DNA of 63,990 nucleotides, filler included, from Blastocystis sp. subtype 4 (taxonomy: Eukaryota): assembly GCF_000743755.1 (NCBI RefSeq). It is 8 parts of 8 records of this genome, joined end to end, with 100 filler letters (N's around TTAATTAATTAA, not from the genome) between each part and the next. Parts side by side here need not be neighbours in the genome. Positions count along the whole stretch, not along the records: positions 32,458 to 42,840 come from NW_014569162.1; positions 42,941 to 50,882 come from NW_014569160.1; 6 more parts are not named here. The stretch is one strand, 5' to 3'. Position 1 is the stretch's first letter. Every line of letters begins with the position of its first letter. Positions 35,278-47,024 of this stretch are shown here, one piece after another. The notes under the pieces are model-generated. The model saw only the letters and a program-made list of their open reading frames with translations, was not told where the DNA came from and did not search any database. The position numbers were made by a program, and so were the translations under genes.

Positions 35278-37396
35278 ATGGAGTTTGTTGTACGTTCCAA
35301 ATCGGTACAATTCGATGATGTTATTGTAATGTCCGTAGGGTATTACGTTTTATCGAATGAAGGAAGGAGAAGAAAAGCCATCCAAAGTTGATTTCTTCAC
35401 TTCAAACAATTGTGTATGAGATTATATGTCTTCATGTCATTTAGGAGGAAGTGCATTGGAGCAAGTGTGGAGAACTATGTATTCTTCGTGAAACAACCGG
35501 AATTCGTGTTATTGACATGAAGTCGTTGGATTTTTATTGTCATTTTATGGAAATAGGAACAGTGAACGCTTCCGACTCGATTTGCCGAAGGTTGTTGCAG
35601 TGAGTTTGTCTCCCTTGAACAACTGGCTGGTAACAATCACCCCATTTAAACAGGAACCTAATTTACAAATTTGGGATATGAAAACGGGTGAATTACACTA
35701 TGCACTGATTCAGAAATCGTTTTCTCGAAGTGTATGGTTGGTGTGTTTTTCATTATTTCTAGTTGTGGCCCTATCTGCAGTGGGATTCGGATGAAGGATG
35801 TGCCTTGTTCCATAACGGAGATACTGTAGATGTGAGATTGTTTTCTGACCTAGATTACCTTGTTCAATGGACATGATTTAAGTGATAAGTCCGTGCAACA
35901 AGTAATTCGAAATGGTGAGGATTGTCTCTTTTCGGGAGTTTCAATTCAACCTAATTCTCTTGTATCGTTGTCTCCGTCTGCAGTGTGTCCTGCAGTAGTT
36001 TTAGATTAGAGAATTGATCGTAGATTGTGATATTCACCCCACTGAAGGGTGGAGAAGGAATGCTTTGTTATTATGCTGACAAGACCAAGACAAATTGCAA
36101 TCAGTTTACACTTCAATATCAACGTCGAATTATGAACTGTAACGAAGCCTCCTGTGAATGGAATCGGCAAGGAGATCGAGCAGTTATCACTGTTGGAAGT
36201 GATGTTGATAGTGTAGGAATGATAGAGTGAACTGATGTGTAGACTGGTGTCTCTTACTATGGGAGAAACTTCGTGTACTTTCTGTTCAATGATCATAAGA
36301 TTCGAAGTGATTATGTGCTGAATATTATGCGAGGAGTAGAAGTGTATGAAGAGATTGAGTAATTAGGAGCAGTCTGTTCAGGAGACACGATTCTCAGCAA
36401 GTGGGAATCAGTTGTGTTCGATCACAACTTCGGTCCCAGCAACAACGGTGCTGATGTCAGCAAAGGAGTGTAATGAAGAAGGTTCCTGTGGTAAGCTAAA
36501 TGTCAATACCATCTTATGGTCGCCTCATGGTCGTCTTCTTTTACTTGCTGTTAGTATATCTGTTGCCTGTAAGTCCTAGGGATTTGGGAACTTGAGTGGT
36601 GAAGTTCATATCTGGGATAATTTCGAGAAGAAGAAACTCTTGCAGTTTAAAACGGACTATATTACATCATGCCAGTGGGCTCCGGATAGTCGTCATTTAA
36701 TCATGGGTACATGTTTCCCTCGAATGAAGATTGATAATCGCTTGTATATTTACAAGTATAATGGAGTAAAGACGTAAGGATATATGTGAAGTTGAATGTG
36801 TAGATATGAAGAGGATTTTGACCAGCTATTTGAAATTGCGATTCGACCTATTTCCAGTGGCGTCTATCCTCTTCGACCTCCCACCGTTTCTGAGTTAGCT
36901 GAGATCAAAAAGACAGTGGAACAGAAGGCTCCGGCCAAATATGTGCCTCCTCATCTGCGTAACAAGGGAGCAGGTTCGATTCCGGGAATGGGGAGAAAGT
37001 CGATCCCTGGAATGTCCAATCGTTCTGGACCGCGTGGGGCGTCTCATGGACTAATGTAACCTTGCTTGCGAAGATTAATGATCAGATTGAAACCCAAATC
37101 GACACGATCTCCATCCAAGCCACAGTCAGGTGGCAATGTGAAGGATGCTATCTTTGCTTCTGTTCAAACCTCTTCTCCTGCAGAAGAGAGTGATGAAGTT
37201 CTTGTCAAAAAAGTAGATGATGAGTACTAGAGTGACTGATAGTTGCGGAATGTGCAGAAGAAGCTACAAGAAATCTCGCAGCTGAAAGAGAAGCGGGATA
37301 TCCTAAATGAAGAGCAGAAAACCAAAGTTAGCAAAGAAGGAGACCTTCAAAAGGAAGCAGATGAGCTTCAGAGTAGATTAATTGCTTTGAAGAAGT
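35278..37396 (+). CDS. EIF2A: Translation initiation factor eIF2A (many short introns)
   Basis: TGVSYYG, WSPHGRLLLLA..GFGNLSGEVHIWD, WAPDSR..PRMKIDN, KYVPPHLR, RNVQKKLQEISQLK. Stop completed at T37396. Confidence 0.9.
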
Positions 37397-37400
37397 GTTT

Positions 37401-37408
37401 TGTTTGTT
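37401..37408 (+). terminator. TGTTTGTT 3'-end/polyadenylation motif (representative copy)
   Basis: Exact copies on the sense strand at gene ends: 80(+), 1820(-), 10908(+), 17631(+), 19194(+), 37401(+), 42743(-), 47012(-), 51086(-), 52476(+), 58417(+), among others. Confidence 0.9.
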
Positions 37409-37632
37409 TCACATTGAAGTTCCTAGTATGGAACAATGGTATGTGGAACACAGTCCTTTGTTCCCATCATAAACACAAGTACAAAACAACCAATGAAATG
37501 AATGTGTGTCTTAGGATTGCTTCCGTTTATAAGTCTAGTAGTTGCTCAACGACAGGCGTAAACACTGTCACATTGTGTTTCCAAATTAATATTGAGCGGT
37601 AGTGTGTTTCTGTGTTGTGTTGATCTGTAGTC

Positions 37633-39328
37633 ATGGAGTCTCTTCTTGCTAACGAGAAGCAGCAGCAGCAACGCAATGGTAATAACGATCTTCGTTCATC
37701 TCTTTGCTATTATCTTTCCATTATTCTGTTACTATGCACCTTCATTATGAGTTGCGTTAGTCTTGGATTGTGCAGCAGCGTAGGTTGTCGTAGATTATGC
37801 TGATGTTTAGAATACCATCCAGAACAAGCTTTACAGCTATGAGTTCCCGTATTTCGATAGATTCCTTTCTTTCACTCCCGGTACTCCTGTGAGCATTGAC
37901 AGAGAGGGTAATGCTTGGCCTGGTGCTGGAACTACAATTTACCGCAATGTTACTCAGGAACCTATTGAGGGTACCATGAGAAACCTGAAGGTGCGTGAGT
38001 TGGATCACTTTATGACTTTGGCTGTTTATGATGGAGGTGTAACTGCTTACAGACTGTCTTTCGAGGGATATGAGGTTGAAGTTAACCGTAAGGCTCTTCC
38101 CACGGTGGATCAGAAGGAGCGTAAGGTTGATGATGTTGTTAAGATCGGTCATAACCGTTTCATTATTGTTGGATCGAAGCAGCTTCTTCCTTTAACCACT
38201 GTTGTTGAGCGTAAGGATAGAAAAGTCTCTGTTGATTTCCTGTTCGGTCATGAACTGGATCTTCCTAATGACGATGACCAGTGGCCTCATGTTGATAATC
38301 TGACTAACACTACGTTTGCTCTCATCTATGAGAATGGAGACAAGCTCATAATCCGTACTGGAGAGTGGAAAGGTGATGGTAACGGTGCTGAGCTGATATT
38401 GTCTCAGATCACCGAGGCTACCGATCGTTATGAGTTCCATGGAATTGCTGGAATGGATGCTAGTCACTTCATCATTACTGTGACTGGAAAGAGAGCGTCA
38501 GATCCTCAGAGCTGGCCTGTTGTACGCTCTTGTCTGTGTACCGTTGGAGATGGTAAGATCACTATGGGTACATGGAAGGTCTTGCCTTTCAGTCTGTCTC
38601 ATAACTTCTTTGATATGGATAACTTTGGTCCTGAGAATGTTCTGATGGTATTCTCAGACTCAGAGGCTGGTAGTATTCATGCTGTGATGTGCCACTTCGA
38701 TCGTACTAGTAATGATATTTTCTATGGTTCTCAGCGTGAGATCCAGAAGGGAGGTGCTGTCTTGGGATACAACAGAATTGATATCCGTGTGTTGAGTCCT
38801 ACTTCATTCGCTGTATTCTATGAGGATCAGGCTATTCAGGGATTGTGTCTTGTCTTGTGCTCTGTATCTCCTTCTATGGATATCGTCATCACTTCTCCTA
38901 ACTACATCATTAGTCGTACATGGGGACCTGATCGTCATACCGATTTCTACTATGATCTCTGTGAGAGTGGCTGGGGTGATTTTATGATTGGAGAGTACAG
39001 AATGAGTGGACCTTCGAGCCGTGTTATGTTCCATCGTGGTGTGGTGCTTCCTCGTATGTTTGGTATTGCTCAGAAGAGTAAGAAGGGCAAGCTTACTGTC
39101 CAGTTCGCTGGTATGTTCAAGGTGCCTGGAAGCCGTAAGTTGACTCCGGGTCGTGCCATTTACACCAACTCGAAGGGTGAACTGATTGAAGGAGCTCCTT
39201 ATGGATATGTGAACCGTAACTTCGGTATTTTCTACGAGTTCTCTCGTGCTGACAACAGCATTCTCTCCAACAACAATCTTGTTGGAATGGCTGCTACCAC
39301 TAAGAAGATCTATCTGAAGTTCCAATAA
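37633..39328 (+). CDS. Uncharacterised N-terminally anchored, beta-rich membrane protein (~555 aa)
   Basis: ATG 37633, TM helix LCYYLSIILLLCTFIMSCVSLGLC, one 31-nt intron ending at 37810, then a long exon with strong codon bias. Confidence 0.8.
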
Positions 39329-39365
39329 ACTGATAGAATTCGATTTGTTTTTTCACAAACAGATA

Positions 39366-39882
39366 ACTCCAGTTCTGTAGCCAATTGCTCAAGATAATCG
39401 TTCTCAACAGACTTTCCTTTAACAACGATGGTTACCAGCAGACTCAGCATGAATACCAAGCCTAAACCACCAAAGACATATCTACGAATCAAGACAACGA
39501 TGTAGTCCAACGAAGTAATCACAACATCAAGTGAGGAAATAAAAAATATACCCCAAAGGAAAACAGCATTCACTGCATAGAAGAGAAGCATGAACAAAAG
39601 GATGAGGACTACACATAAATGAGCATATGATCACGCACAGAAATCCTTAGCGCTCTGTCCGCAGCACATCACTTTATAGTTAGGCAGCTTTGTGATCCAA
39701 CCGATTCGACGTTCCTCGAAAGGCTTCACTTCTTTGCGCTTGTTAACATCAGCCATCCATCTATCATACTTCTCAATCGGCCATCCATACTAGAGATTAT
39801 GACATAACTCTACAAAAACCTTCGTGTCTGGATGATCCAATAAAACACTTGTCATTTCGATACTCTTTGATACATCAGCCAT
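39366..39882 (-). CDS. Small two-TM membrane protein
   Basis: ATG 39882, 30-nt introns, two hydrophobic segments; GAG T|TATC|TGTTTGTG end. Confidence 0.65.
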
Positions 39883-40016
39883 AATCAATTCTAAAAGTGA
39901 ATAAAGAATGAGAAGAGTAATAGTCATCCCTGTCCCTATTACTTTTTTTCATAAAGGAAGATTCTGTCCATTATGGTCCATATGGACCCAATCCCTGTTT
40001 CTCTTTAGAAAACGGG

Positions 40017-40665
40017 ATGGAGTCAGATGTAGTAAGTTGGAGCGTTTGCTCATGATATGCAGACTAGTAATGATGTGTATTTGACACAGTTCTCAGAGAG
40101 AGATATGGATGGTGTCGTGACTTGTATCAATATTGCGTATTCCGAGACAATGGCTATATTTAAAAGTAGTGGAATTGTTAAGTGAATCATCCACAGACAT
40201 TCACATTCGACGTACTTCTAGGGAACAATTGGAAATGGAATTGAAAGAAGAATGCTCAGAAATTTGGGGGTATAGATCAAAGTCTGGTTGGAGGTGATTA
40301 ATACACTCATATGTATAGGAGAAGTTGTAGCTACCGTAATAATTCGCAGCATAAATAGAAATACTGGATCTGTTGAATTGTTAAGTGTGCTACCGGAATA
40401 CATGGGCTTAGGCCTTTCAAGTGCTCTTCTACGACATAGTGAGTATATTCTACACGAAGCAGGGAAGAAATCTATGAGGATGCGCGTGTTTCTACCAAAT
40501 GATTTTGATGTTCGAGATTTTGAGCATCTTGGATATTCTGTTATAGCTGTGGATCGGTGGAAAGAGATGAAGGAGGTTCTTAAACCAGAAGCCTATGATA
40601 CTTGGGTATGGGTTACGTTAGAGAAGTCAATTGGAATTGCGTCTAAATCTGTTCATGTGAAATAG
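40017..40665 (+). CDS. GNAT-family N-acetyltransferase (start approximate)
   Basis: CINIAY; motif A LSVLPEYMGLGLSSALL; FEHLGY. Confidence 0.75.
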
Positions 40666-40712
40666 AAGCGATTGTGTACCATTGTTGTTCAGTGTTTGTT
40701 TAGTAATCGTAA

Positions 40713-41353
40713 ATGAGTTCGGAAGATCGTTCAAGATCAAGGTCTCGTTCGAGAGATCCTCCTAAGAAGGGTATTTGTACCAGATCCTTGTGATGGATAG
40801 AAAAGAAGGAATTGGAAGACTCATCCAAAGATGAACCAAGTAGCAGAGATAAAGAAAGGTAGGATTTGAAGGAATACTCAATGCAAGTAGTTCGGACAAG
40901 ACAAGCGTAGTCCTGGGTATTAAGGGGCTGACATAGTATTTCGCTCTATCAGTCACTTATTTGTAGCAATACAAACTGGAATCACTTAAGAGAGATATTT
41001 GGCAATTATGGTGTTGTGAAGCGAGTAAAGATCCAACGTCGTGATAGTACAATGATCTCACAAGGAATTGGTTTTGTGGAGATGAGTTCACAAGATGAAG
41101 CAAATCTTGCAATCGACTATTTGGATGGCTCACAAATTGATGGTGGTATTATTGTACTATTTTGAACATAGGTGTTAAGGTCTATGTATATCGAGTGTAT
41201 CGTTCTCCTTTTGCTGTTGAGGAGAAGAAACAGCGTTCTGATAAGAGAACAAAATCTCGTTCTAGATCTAGATCGAGGAGTCAAGACCACTCTTCCAGAC
41301 ATAGAAATCGATCTTACACTCGAAGTTCACATCATCACCATCATCACCACTAA
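40713..41353 (+). CDS. RNPS1: RNPS1/SR45-like RRM and RS protein
   Basis: RS repeats flank the RRM HLREIFGNYGVVKRV..GIGFVEM..AIDYLDGSQIDG; His7 C-terminus. Confidence 0.75.
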
Positions 41354-41660
41354 AGAAATTTAACCTTTCTGTTTGTTGATGTCATTCTCCCTGCTAATAG
41401 GATGATAAGACTCACTATTTGTTGCTACAGGTGTGTGTGAAACGATAAGTGGTAATGGTCGTTTCTATTCTCTACAAGGTCAAGAGATGTTTTCTTAACA
41501 TTCATCATACCTGTCGTTGACACAGTAGATCCCGTTGTACATTATAAGAACAATCGTCTCACTCCTGGATTTGCATATTCGATATGTTTTTGTGTTTTGG
41601 CTGTTGTCAGTTCGTGTTGACAAGACGGGACTTTGGTCTGATAATCTATGTTTTTCATCT

Positions 41661-42729
41661 ATGATCTTTAAAATATTTGTTATTATCCTCATTTGTTTGT
41701 CCAATTGTTGTCATGGTCTTGTTATCATTTCTCCCTCTTCTTTTACTGTATCTCATACAATAGCCAAGTTTGGAGGTGATTATAAAAACGAAACCCTCTT
41801 TGGAATTGTAAAAGAAGTGGAGCCTTGGGATGCATGTACACCGATTCAAAATAATATTACAGATTATATTGCGCTAGCAATTCGTGGAGGATCCCCACTT
41901 TGCTCGTTTTCGACAAAAGTGAAGAATGTTCGCATGTTCGTTCTTTAATATATCTAGATTGAACAGTCAGGAGCAATTGCAGCAATCATTATGAATTCAG
42001 AATCATCGTGGATTGAAGCCGACGATCTCATTGAGATGGGGAAAAATGAAAAGAGTGTCAACATTTCTATCACTAGTATATTTATCACGAATGCTTCTGG
42101 AAAAGAACTTCTAGCTCTCCTTCATTCGGATTCCCAGTCGCCGGTGAAAGTGGCCCTCAATAGTACTGGAGAAGAAATATTAAGTGCACCGTCGTTTTGG
42201 GAAATGTTTATCACCTTCCTCCAGCTTTCTGTAGTTTTGTGGCTATCAATTGGGATTCTCTATGGCTGTGCGTATATTGGAGCCCTCTATCAGCGATGTC
42301 GAAGAAGAAAGGCATGTAGTGCCATTGCTACAGTTCCCTACAAAGCATTGTAAGTGAGAGGTCTGACCATGATACGAAGAAATCCTGGAGATGGAAGTTG
42401 TGAGTGTTCGATTTGTTTAGAAGAGTTTAAAGAAGGTGATCCTGTTAAGATTCTCCCTTGCAATCATATCTTCCATGAAAAGTGTGCTGCTTCGTGGATT
42501 GTAGATATTCGAGGTGTCTGTCCTTTATGTCGTCAAGGCGTATTTCAGAAGGCTGGTGATGTAGTCAAGGATTGTTGGTATGAGTCATAGAATATCGTTG
42601 AAGAGCATGTAAATTACGAACTTAATCGACTTGTGGATCATGAAGCTTTATCTACACATTCACGAACCCTCGTCTATCTTTTTATCCTTATCTACATTTT
42701 GTTTATCGTGTTGTCTACTCTTTTCCCCT
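41661..42729 (+). CDS. PA-TM-RING-H2 E3 ligase (RNF13/RMR-like) with an extra C-terminal hydrophobic helix
   Basis: Signal peptide, AKFG, DACTPI, ALAIRGG..CSFSTKV, TM, CSICLEEFKEGDPVKILPCNHIFHEKC..CPLC. Confidence 0.88.
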
Positions 42730-42754
42730 TGTCTCTTTGTGTAACAAACACTTG

Positions 42755-42840
42755 ATCTAAAGTGATAAATCTTTGCCATGTATTCTCGAAAGCTCATATC
42801 ATCTGTATGCAGGAACTTGGCAATATGGTTTCGTAATAGT
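42755..42840 (-). CDS. 3' end of an unidentified gene (LLRNHIAKFLHTDDMSFREYMAKIYHFR)
   Basis: Only open frame from the contig edge; ends AGA T|CAAG|TGTTTGTT. Confidence 0.55.
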
Positions 42841-42949
42841 NNNNNNNNNNNNNNNNNNNNNNNNNNNNNNNNNNNNNNNNNNNNTTAATTAATTAANNNN
42901 NNNNNNNNNNNNNNNNNNNNNNNNNNNNNNNNNNNNNNNNTGGACTTAC

Positions 42950-43255
42950 CACATTCGCATCCGCAAAACCACTCAAAGCATTCGAACGACCAGCAACAGT
43001 GATGTACACCTTGGGCTGCTTCTTGGACTCGTATCGCTAGATATTATCACCTAGAATACATAGACTACTTCGAGGAGCTCCAGAAGACGACCTGGTGTCT
43101 TGTGAGCAGAAGCGATTCTCATCTCACAGGCAATGCCGTACGACTACAGAATCATCATATAGAAACAGCCTTACCTTCACGGCCTGTTCAATCTTCTCAC
43201 AATGAGAAAGGTCGCTCTTGGATCCCATAAATATGACAACAAGAGGAGTAGACAT
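42950..43255 (-). CDS. purE: Class II AIR carboxylase (PurE), 5' part; truncated
   Basis: MSTPLVVIFMGSKSDLSHC..RIASAHKT..YITVAGRSNALSG. Confidence 0.9.
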
Positions 43256-43467
43256 GGTTTCTTAACGCACAAATGATCTCGAGGATCACTGAATAACAAA
43301 TACTTGAGAAAACCTATCCAGCGATTGAAAACGTACAGTGTGACTAATGACTTTTGAATATCAAAGATGGTGTGATCAAAACCCCCCTCGAAATTATCAC
43401 AGATTCTTCTAGAACCAAGCGATTGATTACAAGTAGTCCAACAAACATAAATGACAGCAAAAAGAAA

Positions 43468-44212
43468 CTAGAGATTCAGATTCAGGACACCTAGAGCCTA
43501 GTTGTGAGTTCTCTCTATAAAACCTTACATGATCGATACTATCAAATATAGAAAGAAGGTACTTTAATTGCTGTTGATTTAATTCTAGAATGACCGATGT
43601 CTACACATACATGCACATATCCAATGCTACTATTTGATTTGATTTGTCTTGTAATGTAAATGTTACACGCACGATCAGGGACTGTCGCTTGACTGTATTT
43701 TGATCACAGAGTATCATCTACACTCAAAATGGTAAAGAAAGGTTACGCGAAGAGACCAGTCGAAATCGATTAGCGAATAAGAGGAGAGAGACTGTACAAA
43801 TGTATCAATAAGCGAATGATAGTCATGGGCTAATGCAATGACTCGATCAATTACTCTCGGAATCATTTCAGAAGGGAGTCCAAATTCATTGAGAAGGGAT
43901 ACCACCTACAATAAGAGCGTATATATCAAAACTCACATCTTCTTTGTCTACGTTAATCTTTGACGCATAAACGTTCAAAAATCTCAGTGCCTGTAAGCAC
44001 TGTGAACTTAATGTGTCCGAATAATCCTCTCCGATTCGATTGAGACTATTGGCTACTGAAAAGGCCTAAGATTATATGATACCAATAGTCAAACCATGAG
44101 AAAGTCATCTGGAGTATAGAAATCCGAAAGCACTCCCGTCGATTCAATTACTTCTCCTCTAATGATAAACAAGGTATCGTAACAGTAAGTACTCAATCTC
44201 TGCGCTATCCAT
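43468..44212 (-). CDS. COMM-domain protein (COMMD8-like)
   Basis: LIDFDWSLR followed by beta strands and ILELNQQQLKYLL; ~180 aa across many short introns. Confidence 0.7.
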
Positions 44213-44239
44213 TGTGACTATCGAGAAATAGATACTTAT

Positions 44240-45268
44240 GGTGTTCTATGTTCATGGGATTAAGCTAGTCTTTTCGGCGAGATTCTCTATCATTCAGATA
44301 CCTTCGTTCAATGTGGATGATACTAGGTGATAGAATTCTTTGTGTGGTATCGATTGGAATGAGAATAGTTTGATATGAATATGATTTGATTCTCATATCA
44401 TATTCTGAACAATGATGTTGATATTGTGAGATTATGAAATAGTATGATTTCGAGTTATCATCATCTGAAGTGTTGATAGAATGAATTATACGAACAACTG
44501 TGATACAAGGATGATGTGCTTATGGAATTGTAGTTATTACTAGTGAGACAGATTTGATCTTATTGAATATTCTTTTCTCATTCAAACTAATCAAATGAAA
44601 TACTCCACAAATTGTTCATTAATTTGGTACAAAAGTTGACTCCTTTTCTAGAAACACTATAAGCCTTGATTTTGGCACCAGTTAGAATCGCTTCTATGAA
44701 CAATAAGACAATCGAGTTGAGTTCACTGAAGGATTTCGATGATGTATCTGGCGAATATAAACTCACATGTATCTGTGGAGCTGTAACAGTAATCAAACCC
44801 GATCAGTTGCTACAAAACCATATACTGATTCGATGCAAAGGATGTTATCTACAATATGATATCCATGTTTCAAGTACCATGTAGAACTACGAGTTATTAT
44901 TAGATATGGAAATTGGAATTGCATATTATTACCTACAAAACTATAGTGAAGCCATCCGGTGAGTGAATGAGCAGAGAATGATGAGTAGTCACTATCTAAT
45001 TCATCAGCGAGAGTGTGAAGATGATTCTCAAACAGTTGAATTCAATGTTTATGATGCTCTTTGTCAATTGTATGATCATCAATCCACAGAAGAAGGACGA
45101 AACGAATGTATTACCATGTTCTCTACACTCTATCCTGACAGTCACTATGATCTCATCAACCGTCAACCTACTGAGTCCTTATTGACGCCCAGCGCATTAG
45201 AAACCTATTTCAAAGACAGACTATCAACAATTCAATCTCTTTGTAAAGAGATCAAGGACAATCGGTAG
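44240..45268 (+). CDS. Hypothetical protein with CSL-type Zn ribbon and TPR-like helix (start uncertain)
   Basis: YKLTCICG..IKPDQL..IRCKGCYLQY; IGIAYYYLQNYSEAIR; TAG 45266-45268 then TGTTTGAT. Confidence 0.5.
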
Positions 45269-45298
45269 CTTGTTTGATTCAACAAGGAATAACACACT

Positions 45299-46372
45299 CT
45301 AATCACTTCTCATATCCATGCTAGTAGGCAAGACCATTGGAGAGTCCACAAGAGCACTACAATATACAAGAAAAGGTACTTCTTACGAACGAACATAATA
45401 GAAGACATAACTGCTCATCAATCCAAGCTGAAGAATCTGGAAGAAGATGATCGTAATACCAGCAAAATGAGAGCTAATGAAGCCATAGTAACCATTCAAT
45501 TCTTGCCAAGAATTCATCCAGAAGAGGAAATCCATCAACTTGGATAGGAACATCGCAAACACGTAATGTGAAGTGAATGACTCGATTTCACCAGTCTAAA
45601 TTCAAGTCTCTCTCAATTACCTACACGATTCTTTCTGAACATGTGCAATTGAGGAAGGATCGAAACACTCTCCAAGTACATGGAGGAGGCCCAACAAAAA
45701 TCAATGAACCCCTTTCCTGAACGCTGAGGACGCACGATCTACCCATGAACTCATCAAACTACGAGAACAAGAGCAAGAATGAAAGAAGGAACAATTAGCA
45801 GCAAAGAAGTGTATTTTTTGTTAACATATTGTTGACCCCATGTGTCGTGATGTACATTATGGGTATACTTCAGAGGAACTGTCATTAAATACAAAATTAG
45901 AACAATAATAATCAAGGTTATCCAAAGAACGACTGTGTAAAGCCAATCTCCCGAACTATGTAATAAAGTTACTGCAAAGGATCGTACGCATCGTAGGGAA
46001 GATATGCCTTTGAGTTCATAATGGCAACCAATCGTAATGCATAAACGATGGCATAACACTGCATTGACTTTATTGAGATTCCAGCAACAGATTTGGAAAA
46101 GTAACACTTGATAAGGACGAGGATGAAACCAAACGCACTCGTCATACTTGCCAGAGTCTTAAAATGATTGAAATAGAATATTCAACATACCAACAAGAAA
46201 GAAAAGTCGCCATCTGAAAAGAAGTGATACGTGATCATGATGACTAAGAACATGACGATCCACAAGAGCATATTGGACCGATTTGCCTTCAAATACTTCT
46301 TGAAATCACTATTGTCAGAAGAACTTCATATTCCTACAAGTGACTTAGCTTTCGTCGAATTCGTTCCATCAT
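45299..46372 (-). CDS. ER lumen retention receptor-related protein (ERD2-like)
   Basis: YHFFSDGDFSFLLTL, SVAGISIKS, YLPYD.SGDWLY, MYLESVSILPQL. Confidence 0.85.
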
Positions 46373-46495
46373 CTAGATATGTAGGATTGCAGTGGGTAAC
46401 AATATCGAATGATTGTTTTCTTCAATGGAACCGAAATCGGGAGGATTTGTGGAATATGATAGAGAGTGAAGAGGTGTTCAAACAAAACATATCCA

Positions 46496-47008
46496 TTAGG
46501 AGTTCAACATACTACCAATAGAGTGAAATGATAACTACACTACATGCGAAGTGAAAGGATTATACAGTAAACTCTTTAACCTATACTCAAAATTAACCAC
46601 CCCAACGTACTTTCTCTTGATAAGCCAGGACCGTTGGATCTACCTCTGGTTTCTGACTTTTTGCTTGTTTCACTTCTTCTAATCGCCTTTCTCGTTCTTT
46701 CAGAGCCACTTCCAATGCCAGTTGTTCCAAGGTCTTCACTCCAGAACCATTTCCTCCCTTTTCGTTGCTTTCCTTCTATTCATCATATTTCAATTCTAAA
46801 GATCACTTGAAGTTTACGAATTGCTACTGACAACTATCCCTTATTCCAAACGGACTCAACATACATCGTTTGACTCTTTTAGTTCATCCTCATCAAATTC
46901 GTAATCCCATCGACTTTCATTTCGCTGCATGTTGTAGTAGAACACTTTTCCATCTTTTGTCGTGTGTTTCGTCCATATTCCCATTCCTTCTTCCTTGTCA
47001 TAGATCAT
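46496..47008 (-). CDS. Small WW-domain protein
   Basis: GIWTKHTTKDGKVFYYNMQRNESRWD; ATG 47008 lies just after the upstream gene's TGTTTGTT. Confidence 0.65.
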
Positions 47009-47024
47009 GGAAACAAACACGCAA

